DNA from: Williopsis jadinii
Lineage: Eukaryota
Reading direction: 5' to 3'
DNA: 64,000 bases
NCBI GenBank assembly: GCA_024346625.1
Contig: AP024664.1
Span: 3,658,001-3,722,000, forward strand
Positions 11,992-21,244 of this stretch are shown here, in pieces. Under the pieces are notes generated by a model, which worked only from the letters and a program-made list of their open reading frames with translations, did no database searches and was not told where the DNA came from. The position numbers and the translations under genes are program-made. Position 1 is the stretch's first letter. The number at the start of each line of letters is the position of its first letter.

Positions 11992-13326
11992 TTATTGGGC
12001 CTTTTTGTCTTCATCTTTTGGGTCCAGTTTATCCTCCTTGGCTTCTTTGGTTTGCTCAGTCTCTGGTTCCTTCGTAAGCTCATCGGCAACGTCATCGAGG
12101 ATGATCTTGTCTTTAACAGGGATCTTCACGCCGGTGTCTTCCACCTGCTTGGTTTCTGTTTCAATCAGCTCCTCTTGTTCCTTAAGAAGATCCAGTCTCT
12201 TCTTGTTGGTGATGTCACTATCGACAGCAGCCTCCACCACATGGTGAACCTCTTCTGGCATGGAACTCAAGACGGCCTGGAGAGCATCGTAAATGGTTTC
12301 CTGCGAGTTCAGACTGCCATAGGTGTATGCGTTGGACAACACCAGCAGCGTTGCGGGAATCTTCTCCTTCAAGGTCAAGTCAAGCCACATCTTGAGATGG
12401 TGATTCAAATCAGCAGTGGCTATTCCATTGATCTTGATACCTCTTGAGGCACAAGCAGCTTGTAGCTCTGGAGCATTCAAGGAGTCAACGCCCTCGTACT
12501 CAATGGCTCTATCGTCTTGTTTAATCTTCAAGAGCTTGTATCTGATTCTAAATCTGAGCATTTCATTGGTACCGATTGGCTGTAAGTTCAAGTACTTGGA
12601 CATTGCAACAAGTTGAGCTCTTTGAAGGTTGTCCAGCACAGTATCGTCTTTAAACAATCTAGCCACTCTCATGGTTTGTTCTTTACTTGGCTGTTCAATA
12701 CCGAGGGTCAGTTTTGTAATGAAGTCCTTAAACTCTGCACTTTGTTCATCCGTGACGGTACTTGGCAAGCGCATCTTGACGGTCTCTCTGAGCAAACTAG
12801 ACACCTTTTCCCTGGTTGCACGAAGTGATTTGGTTTTCTTCTCCTTATCACTTGTCGACTCATAAGTGGATGGTAACAGATTTGGGAATAGCTTCAAAGC
12901 TATAGGTAGAAGCAACTCCGCAAACGGTACAATGACAAACATTGAAAACGGAACCAATCTGACAATATCCTGGATGGTTCTCTCCAATTGTCTATTCTCT
13001 CTTCTTGTCAATTCGTACCCAGCAGCAGACTTGAGAACCAACTTGAAGGAAACCTTCATCTCGTACCCCAATAGTTTGGTACCATCCCAGTAGTGGTTTG
13101 CCTCATGCTTAACCTTTTCCCATAGTGTGAGCTTCACTGCTGGCTTCGCCTCAGCAAGCTTCACCGATGCCTGCTTTTGTTCACTGTCGGCTTTCTGCTG
13201 GTTGGACAGCCTATACGAGGAATGGATCTGTCTCTGGATCAGAACAGTTGAGCACCTCGTTGGAGCCTGACTGCGTACGCAGACAGCAAGGGAGAGCAAA
13301 CGGTGTCTGGGAATAACTGACTGCAT
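11992..13326 (-). CDS. MDM38: LETM1-family mitochondrial inner membrane protein Mdm38/Ylh47
   Basis: HYWDGTKLLG, ELTRRE and RLVPFSMFVIVPFAELLLPIALKLFPNLLPSTY; first ATG at 13326. Confidence 0.92.
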   Translation of the reverse strand: MQSVIPRHRLLSLAVCVRSQAPTRCSTVLIQRQIHSSYRLSNQQKADSEQKQASVKLAEAKPAVKLTLWEKVKHEANHYWDGTKLLGYEMKVSFKLVLKSAAGYELTRRENRQLERTIQDIVRLVPFSMFVIVPFAELLLPIALKLFPNLLPSTYESTSDKEKKTKSLRATREKVSSLLRETVKMRLPSTVTDEQSAEFKDFITKLTLGIEQPSKEQTMRVARLFKDDTVLDNLQRAQLVAMSKYLNLQPIGTNEMLRFRIRYKLLKIKQDDRAIEYEGVDSLNAPELQAACASRGIKINGIATADLNHHLKMWLDLTLKEKIPATLLVLSNAYTYGSLNSQETIYDALQAVLSSMPEEVHHVVEAAVDSDITNKKRLDLLKEQEELIETETKQVEDTGVKIPVKDKIILDDVADELTKEPETEQTKEAKEDKLDPKDEDKKAQ

Positions 13327-13572
13327 CTGGAAGGCGCAAAAGAACAAGTAAAGACACAGCCAATTGTTCTTGAGATTCTTTGAAGGGGCAGAATAACCTC
13401 AAACAACAACGTTCTTAATTATAAAAGGCGAAGAGAACACGAATTTGCAATGGATTTGTCGAAATGGTTGAAGAAACCCTTCTCGGATCCTTTTTAGGTC
13501 ATCGAGTCTTTTCCCTTTTGGCAGTGAGGGTCGATGCGTTTTCCCGGATGGGAATTGCCGAAATCGGCAGCA

Positions 13573-13653
13573 TTTTCGTGAAAATGGGCGTTTCGCCAAA
13601 ATCATTTTCACGAAAAGCTTCACGAAAAATTGCGCGAAAAGTTTCGCGAAAAA
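13573..13653. promoter_or_regulatory. Cluster of SCB-like motifs (CRCGAAA) within inverted repeats
   Basis: TTTTCGTG, CACGAAAA x2, CGCGAAAA x2 and TTTCGCG within about 80 bp. Confidence 0.6.
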
Positions 13654-14213
13654 AAAGTTTTCCTGCCAACGGAAAACACGCACAATTGCGCAGAAACACC
13701 GTTGGGGTTTAACATCCGTACACCATCACGGCTCCTCTTTGGTTGTTTTTCCTCGTTTTGTGCTTTCCTTCTTCCGCACTTGTTCGACAAGCTCTTGTTC
13801 TGAGATTTACGCTGAGAGAACTGATATTTACGCCTGCAGACCAAAGAGAAACCTCTGTGCATCAACAAAAAATTTCAGTTACCAAAACCACAGAGGAAAA
13901 AAAAATTAGTAAGGCTTCACAGAACACAACAGAACACTGTCAAGGTCAACATTTTACCGTCGTCTGCTTCTTTTTAGACCTCTCTGTGTGCCTGTGCTTG
14001 TAATACTTTTCGAATAAAGCAAGAAGAGCGGAAGAAACACAGTTGAATCCAGCATTTTCCGCTAGCTAAGGCTCTCTTTTTCTTTGTTTACTTTCTTCCT
14101 GGCGGTACACTCTGTGAAGGCTTAATTACACAACATTGCATTTCATATACACAGCGGCTTCTTGTTCTATACTTCCACATATACATATCTGACACACATA
14201 AACACACTCTCAA

Positions 14214-17200
14214 ATGGTGAAGAGAACAAGAGAGGACTCTATCGATGCTGAAAGAGATTCCAAGAAGACCGCACTGTCCAAGACAGATCTCATCGAGACC
14301 ATTGCGTCCAACTTGGAGGAGGGCTCGAGCATGAGCGAGGAGTACTCATCGGATGATGGTGAAGATGGTGAGCAAGGAGGTAAAGAAGTACACAATGCTA
14401 ACCAGGCCGGGTCAAAGAATACTAAGTCACTATCAGCTCAGGAGGTTCAGATTGCAAGAGAAACCGCGGAGCTGTTCAAGTCCAACATCTTCAAATTACA
14501 AATCGATGAGCTGATCAAAGAGGTGAGGCTTAAAGACAACAAAGTGGCCAAAATTGAGAAGTTCTTGCACAAACTCTACGATTTGATTCAGGAAGTTCCA
14601 GAGTTCAAGGAAAAGTCTATTGATCAAGTTGAATCTTGGTTTAGAGATAGAAAAACCACTGTCCCATTCAACGATCCCAAGCCAACAAATGTCAATTACA
14701 AGTTTGGGTATGGTAAACCAGAGAATGTCTCTATAGTGGGATCATTTGGTTTGAAAACAGCAATCCAATCCCCACGTGGGTTATCTGTTGATGTCAACGT
14801 TACAATGCCAGCAGACTTGTTCCAACAGAAGGATTATCTGAACTATAGAGCTCTTCATAAGCGTGCTTTCTACTTGGGTTATCTCACTGAGAATCTGAGA
14901 AAAATCTTTAAGAGAGAAAACTTGAATTTCATCAAACTGTCATATCATTATCTACACGGTGACTCATTAACACCAGTGCTCAAGATACGAGCCACTGATG
15001 ATGATCTTAATTCTGAGTTGAACTTCAACAAGACCAAGTTCGCAATCAATATACTGGTTGGATTCCCATTCGGAATCTTTGATTCTAAGAAACTTCTACC
15101 CAACAAGAACTGTATCAGAGTTCAAAAGGATGAAGAAATTGAACTACCAGCAACCCCGTTGTACAACTCGTCAATTTTGTCAATGACAACATATGATCAC
15201 TACTTGAAGTTTTTGTACAAGACAAAGAAGAATGCGGAACAGTTCAAAGAAGCCTGTATCTTGGGGAGAATTTGGCTTCTTCAAAGAGGATTGGGAACAT
15301 CCATTGAAGACGGTGGATTTGGCCACTTTGAATTTGCAGCTTTAACTGCGGCCTTGCTTAACGGTGGTGGTGAACAGGGTAATAAGATCCTTTTAAATGG
15401 ATTCTCAAGCTACCAACTGTTTAAAGGTGTCATCAAATATCTTGCAACAGAAAATCTGAGCACTGATGGTTACCTGCAATTCCATTCAGACTCGGCAGAT
15501 GTTAGCAAGTATATTAAAGGAGGGTTTAACACACCAACCTTGTTTGACAAAACTACAAAAATCAATTTGTTACATAGAGTGACCAGAAGCTCCTACGATC
15601 TTCTCGTCAACCATGCAAAGAAGACTTTGGTTCTTTTGAATGATGTTGTCAAGGATAGATTTGAACCGTTGTTTTTGAAGAACTCTAACCAAGAGTACTT
15701 GAAATTCGATTACACTGTTGAATTTAATGTTTGTCCGGCCGAAGATGATTCGTTTGGCCCATTTGAGAAGATCACTAACTTGACGTATGAGAATTATATC
15801 TCTTTGAAGATTGCCAATGTGTTACGCTATGGAGTTGGAGAGAGACTTGTTGGCTTTAAGATTTCATGCGATAGAGTAAACGAATTTGAAATCTCTAAAA
15901 GAAAACCGCATTATTCACAAGATCTTCATATCAAGATTGGACTGGTCATTGACCCACAAGAAGCTGAGAAACTGGTCATCAAGGGCCCTTCCGAGACCGA
16001 AGACAGTGTACAGTTCAGATCATTCTGGGGGCCGAAATCATCTCTTCGAAGATTTAAAGACGGAACTATTGTGCACTCTGTGATTTGGTCTACTGATTTC
16101 AAAAGCCCTGTTGTGTTAACCATTTTGAAGTATCTACTACAGAGACATGTCAAAGAAAACATTGTTTTGGAGAGTGAAGTTGTTAGATTTAACGGATTGT
16201 TACCAATGCCAAATTTGCCATCTTCAACTAAACAATCCACACTTTCAACAGTTGCTTTTAACGGATTGCGTAACAGCTATGATGAGCTTTACAGAATCCT
16301 GATCAAATTGGAGCTCCCATTAGCTATCAAATCCGTCTTGCCCGCATCACCGGGGTTGAGAATGACCTCACAACTACAACCGGTGCCATTTGCTGTTTCT
16401 TCAAAGGACTTTTATAACGACTTGGTTGTTCAATTTGAAACCTCTGTGAAATGGCCTGATGAACTTTCTGCTTTAGAAAAGGTGAAGACAGCATTCTTAC
16501 TTAAAATTCAAGAGATTCTATCGAAAGAGACAGCATACGAGTCACATTTGGAAAAAGATGATGAAACTGTTCCATACAACTTTGATATCACTACACTTAA
16601 TATTTTAACCCCTGAAGGGTATGGGTTCAGAATTAGGATTTTGACCGAAAGAGACGAGGTACTATACCTCCGTGCCATTGAAAACTCATCTAAAGAAAAG
16701 AGACAAGCATTGGAGTCTATCTATTTGAAGTTCAACAGACGTTATCAAGGTTCTGTCACTCATACGAGAATCATCTCTTCTATCGCACACCGTTTCCAGT
16801 ACTATTCTCCAACTGTTCGTCTCTTCAAGAAATGGCTTGATGATCAACTCTTGTTGAGTCATTTCAGTGAGGAGTTGATCGAATTGATTGCATTGCAACC
16901 GTTTGTTGATCCATCACAGTATAATGTTCCAGCAAGTGTTTCTAATGGATTCTTGAGAATCTTGTTTTTCATTGCGCATTGGAATTGGAAGGAAGAGCCA
17001 CTTATCATGGATATGAGCAAAACTCCTGATGGTGAGGATGACTCTGAGATTGTCTCCAAGTTATCTGACAAATTATCCGTGCAAGCTTACCAATCGATGA
17101 AGTCCAATTTCGATGTGCTACGGAAGCAAGACCCTCAAGGTATGAAGATACAATTCTTCGTTGCAACCAAGTCTGATGAGTCCGGAATCCTGTGGTCCCA

Positions 17201-17726
17201 TGGTATTCCGCTACCGATTGCTGCTAGATTGACTGCTCTGTCTAAGGTTGCCGTCCAACTCATCAACAAGAGCGGATTAGGTGAGAAGTCAACTCGCCTG
17301 TTGTTCACACCATCGTTGGGTGACTACGACTTTGTACTGAAGTTGAAGACTATTCCACTGGCAATAAGTTCTGGTGTCCTACCGGGCTCATCCTCTTTCA
17401 AGAACCTGATCGTGGATGCCCAGTCTTACCCTAAGGACATTGCAACCAAATTTGATCCTATCGCAATGCTGGTGAAGAACCTGTCATCCAAGCTACAAGG
17501 CGTGGTGATCTTCTCAACTCATACGCAGACTATTTCAGAGTCTGGTGAGAATATCATCACTGGGTTGTTTGTTCCATCAAAAATGACCCAGACCAAGTTC
17601 AAGGCTCAGATTGGTTACAACGTTAAACCAGTTCAAAAGGACGACGTCGTCATCAACAAGGATGCTATTTTCGCAGAGATCCTACAATACGCCGGTGATC
17701 TCGTCGTTGGCTTTGAGTCTAAGTGA
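14214..17726 (+). CDS. UTP22: U3 snoRNA-associated protein Utp22 (Nrap family)
   Basis: ARETAELFKSNIFKLQIDELI, KDYLNYR and FRSFWGPKSSLRRFKDGTI; 1170 aa. Confidence 0.96.
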   Translation: MVKRTREDSIDAERDSKKTALSKTDLIETIASNLEEGSSMSEEYSSDDGEDGEQGGKEVHNANQAGSKNTKSLSAQEVQIARETAELFKSNIFKLQIDELIKEVRLKDNKVAKIEKFLHKLYDLIQEVPEFKEKSIDQVESWFRDRKTTVPFNDPKPTNVNYKFGYGKPENVSIVGSFGLKTAIQSPRGLSVDVNVTMPADLFQQKDYLNYRALHKRAFYLGYLTENLRKIFKRENLNFIKLSYHYLHGDSLTPVLKIRATDDDLNSELNFNKTKFAINILVGFPFGIFDSKKLLPNKNCIRVQKDEEIELPATPLYNSSILSMTTYDHYLKFLYKTKKNAEQFKEACILGRIWLLQRGLGTSIEDGGFGHFEFAALTAALLNGGGEQGNKILLNGFSSYQLFKGVIKYLATENLSTDGYLQFHSDSADVSKYIKGGFNTPTLFDKTTKINLLHRVTRSSYDLLVNHAKKTLVLLNDVVKDRFEPLFLKNSNQEYLKFDYTVEFNVCPAEDDSFGPFEKITNLTYENYISLKIANVLRYGVGERLVGFKISCDRVNEFEISKRKPHYSQDLHIKIGLVIDPQEAEKLVIKGPSETEDSVQFRSFWGPKSSLRRFKDGTIVHSVIWSTDFKSPVVLTILKYLLQRHVKENIVLESEVVRFNGLLPMPNLPSSTKQSTLSTVAFNGLRNSYDELYRILIKLELPLAIKSVLPASPGLRMTSQLQPVPFAVSSKDFYNDLVVQFETSVKWPDELSALEKVKTAFLLKIQEILSKETAYESHLEKDDETVPYNFDITTLNILTPEGYGFRIRILTERDEVLYLRAIENSSKEKRQALESIYLKFNRRYQGSVTHTRIISSIAHRFQYYSPTVRLFKKWLDDQLLLSHFSEELIELIALQPFVDPSQYNVPASVSNGFLRILFFIAHWNWKEEPLIMDMSKTPDGEDDSEIVSKLSDKLSVQAYQSMKSNFDVLRKQDPQGMKIQFFVATKSDESGILWSHGIPLPIAARLTALSKVAVQLINKSGLGEKSTRLLFTPSLGDYDFVLKLKTIPLAISSGVLPGSSSFKNLIVDAQSYPKDIATKFDPIAMLVKNLSSKLQGVVIFSTHTQTISESGENIITGLFVPSKMTQTKFKAQIGYNVKPVQKDDVVINKDAIFAEILQYAGDLVVGFESK

Positions 17727-17934
17727 ATAGGAAAACATAGATAATTCATCAAAGGTAGAACATATCTTTAAACAGCTAATTGTTTGGCCATCTTGTAATA
17801 ATTCTGTGTATACGTTGAACCGGAGTTGAAGAAAATCGCGGGCGACGTGGCAAGTAAATTTTCACCTCTCGAGCTCAATCATAAATAAACAAAGGCCTCT
17901 CAGAAGTTGATAGGGGGATCTCACCAGCAAAAAG

Positions 17935-19146
17935 ATGAGTAAGAAGGGAGGACTGTTGTCACTTGATGCATTTTCCAAGACAGTTGAAGATGTTCGGATC
18001 AAAACACGTTCTGGTGGTTTGATCACGGTTGGTTGTATTATGATGTTGATCGTTTTAATTTCTAACGAGTGGTCAGCCTTCAACAAGATCGCCATAAGGC
18101 CTGAATTGGTTGTTGACAGGGACAGCAATGCCAAACTGGACATTAATCTCGATGTCACATTCCCGGACCTCCCTTGTGACATGATGTCTATGGATATCAT
18201 GGATGTGAGCGGTGAATTGCAAGTTGATATTCAAAAGTATGGGTTTGTGAAGATCAGATTGGATCCAAAGGGGAACAAGATTGAAGAGAGTGAATTGATG
18301 ATTGGAGATGACGAGAAGAAGAAGGATGTTCCTGACGATTGGTGTGGTCCTTGTTATGGCGCTAGAGATCAGTCCAAGAACGAAGGTAAACCAAAGAGTG
18401 AGCAGGTTTGCTGTGATGACTGTGAGGCTGTTAGAAAGGCATATGCCGAGATTGGTTGGGCGTTCTTTGATGGAAAGGACATCACTCAGTGTGAAGCCGA
18501 AGGGTATGTGAAGAAGATCAACGAGAGATGGGATGAAGGATGTAGAGTTGTTGGTAAGGCACAGCTGAACAGAATTGACGGAAACCTCCATTTTGCCCCA
18601 GGTGCCAGTTTCAGTGCTCCACAACGTCATGTCCACGACCTTTCGCTCTATAACAGAGACAGTGATCACTCCTTCAAGCACAAGATCAACCATTTCAGCT
18701 TTGGACCATCACTCGAACCTCTACACGTATCTGATGTCCAAGACCTATCGTCGCATCCATTGGACAACTTTGAGTCCAACATTGGAGCTAAGCATCACGT
18801 GTTTTCGTACTATCTCAAGGTGGTTCCAACTAGATACGAATACCTCAACGGCACTCTCTTGGATACGTACCAGTTCAGTGCAACTACACATGACCGTCCT
18901 TTAAGTGGAGGCCGTGATGAGGATCACCCAAATACCGTCCATGCTAAAGGTGGTATCCCTGGAGTGTTCTTCAACTTTGAAATGAGCGCATTGAAGGTTA
19001 TCAACAAGGAAACATACGGTACTACGTGGGCTGGATTCCTGCTCAACGCTGTCAGTGCCATTGGTGGTATCCTGACCGTTGGTGGGGTTCTCGATCGTAC
19101 AGTGTACGCTGCGAACAGGGCACTCAAGGGCAAGAAGGAGAAATGA
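17935..19146 (+). CDS. ERV46: ER-Golgi cargo receptor Erv46 (ERGIC3)
   Basis: LDAFSKTVED, CGPCYGA, CCDDC, GNLHFAPG, GGIPGVFF and C-terminal KKEK. Confidence 0.95.
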   Translation: MSKKGGLLSLDAFSKTVEDVRIKTRSGGLITVGCIMMLIVLISNEWSAFNKIAIRPELVVDRDSNAKLDINLDVTFPDLPCDMMSMDIMDVSGELQVDIQKYGFVKIRLDPKGNKIEESELMIGDDEKKKDVPDDWCGPCYGARDQSKNEGKPKSEQVCCDDCEAVRKAYAEIGWAFFDGKDITQCEAEGYVKKINERWDEGCRVVGKAQLNRIDGNLHFAPGASFSAPQRHVHDLSLYNRDSDHSFKHKINHFSFGPSLEPLHVSDVQDLSSHPLDNFESNIGAKHHVFSYYLKVVPTRYEYLNGTLLDTYQFSATTHDRPLSGGRDEDHPNTVHAKGGIPGVFFNFEMSALKVINKETYGTTWAGFLLNAVSAIGGILTVGGVLDRTVYAANRALKGKKEK

Positions 19147-20036
19147 CGTGGCTTCCAGTTTATCGCATTTACAGTTGATAGAAGTTCATATATGTTTACT
19201 TGACGATTATATATTTGACATTATGGGTATATCTCGCTCACCTGTAGACGTTGTGTTGAGAAGGGAGCTGTTATTGGCGAGATCTTCGAATAGCATCCAG
19301 TATAGTCATTCTCTCATGGCTCCAGCATCGTGATGGTCAAAACACATGTGACTGCTACAGCCGGCAAGAGTGATCTACAAACATTTAGCCATCAATCTAG
19401 GGAAACGTCACAGTGGCAGTACCTGATGCCACAGCACTGGAGAGGAAGACGCGTTGTACCAGTGATTGCACCAACACAGAGCAAGAGCCGGTTTGGCTAA
19501 GTTGCTACAGTGTGTTGATGTCCAACCAACAGCAACGCAACTGCCTGTGTGAAAGAGGAAGCTCCACGGATAATCATGAGGCATCTACAGCACACAACGT
19601 TACGCTAACCCGGGCTGTTGGCTACAGCACGAAATGGCAAGGGAACAGAACCCACCACCAAGAACAACAAATACGTCGTGGTGGCCGCTTCCAAGATGTC
19701 TGCTTCCCAGCAGCAAAGAACTTGCAAGCACGCCGGGTATGTTGCGCATTGCGCCAATTCTACTGCCTGCTCGCTCTCCTGCAGGAACTTATCGTGATAA
19801 ATTACCGCTTTGGGCTATTGGATATTACCCACCTTGGCCTCCACAACGCACCAATCTATGGCTTACGACAGAAGCAGTACGGGTATAAATAGCAGAGTTC
19901 TCCCCTTGTGGCGTTTTCTCCCTTCTTCGCTACTTGTTGTGTACACTCGTTTGAAGTCATTGACAGTAACAAACATCGCACAACAATCAAAGCACAATCT
20001 ATCAGAGCACCAAGCCTTATCCACAACATTACAAGA

Positions 20037-20198
20037 ATGAAGTTCACTGCCATTATCGCCGCTCTCTCTGCTGTTGCCATTGCACAGTCCAACTCCTCCA
20101 ACGACACCAGCTCCTCCACTAACGGTGTTGCTGTCCAAGGTGTCTCCTACGGTGCTGCTGCCGGTGCTGCTGTTGCAGCCATGGCCTTCCTGCTCTAG
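20037..20198 (+). CDS. Small secreted/GPI-type stress peptide, HOR7/DDR2-like (53 aa)
   Basis: MKFTAIIAALSAVAIAQ signal, NSSNDTSS, hydrophobic GAAAGAAVAAMAFLL tail; TATAAATA at 19884. Confidence 0.75.
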   Translation: MKFTAIIAALSAVAIAQSNSSNDTSSSTNGVAVQGVSYGAAAGAAVAAMAFLL

Positions 20199-21244
20199 AT
20201 GCGCAGGAGGTATGTTTTCTACAGTTCTACGCCTTTGACTGAACTCCGGGATATGGGCATTCCAGCCTGTTTACCGTCTAATATAACTACTTGTTTTAAT
20301 AGTGAAGAGTGTAGGGTTACTGCGGAGCTTGGGAAACCGTGTACTGTTGCTATTGTAGTTGACGGTATGCGGCCAAGGCCCTGAGACTCCCGTGTAGTGC
20401 TCTGGTTGCACGTTGCAAATTGTGTATGGTGTGGCTTTCACGCCGCCTGATAAGGGGATAAGCTGCTAATCGGGGCCTTGAACAGGCAGATGAGCCAACA
20501 CAAAGCTACAGGTATTCCGTGAGCCATCGCTGCTTGATAGCAATCATGGTATCCACCATGGCACCATCAATTCAACTGCGATGGGGCCCTCCCCCTAAAT
20601 CCTTGACGGACCCTGTGCGCTCAACATGTTGGTTGCGCACTTCTGGGAACCCAGCCCAACGGATATACAGTGGACTCACTATTGCGCGATAACGCAAGGG
20701 CGACTTCCAGGGCAACTTCCAGGCCAAAAACACAGCCAGAAAAGGAAACACACGGCAGATTGAAGAGCTTTGGGCCACTCCTAATTGGACAACTTTGCTA
20801 CACACAGAAGTTGTGCCACCATCGCCAGTTGGCATGCATTTCGGCCAATCATCTAGGCCTAATCCTATTTTGTTGCTCACACCCATGCTCCCCAACTTGG
20901 GAGTGACAACTTGCGTATGCTTACTACTCACCGAAAGGGTATAATTCGCGAATTGCCCCCCGGCCCCGTCCGCCCAACAGGCACTCGGCCCCCCTGAGCT
21001 GGTTGTGTGTCCCATATCAAATACAAACATACCAAATTACGTAATGCGTACATATCTCCGGGAAAAAACGTTCACCAGATGTGTCAACTTTGACCTTTTT
21101 TCTCGAGCGCGGAACTTTTGGTGCGCAAAAGCCACAAAAACACCCCCAATTGACCGTTTTGAAGCAAGCCCAGGATTTGTAGAAAAACAAACAAGTAAAC
21201 AAATCAAAACAAACCACGGCGGCTCGAAGCTGGAGGTTATAATT

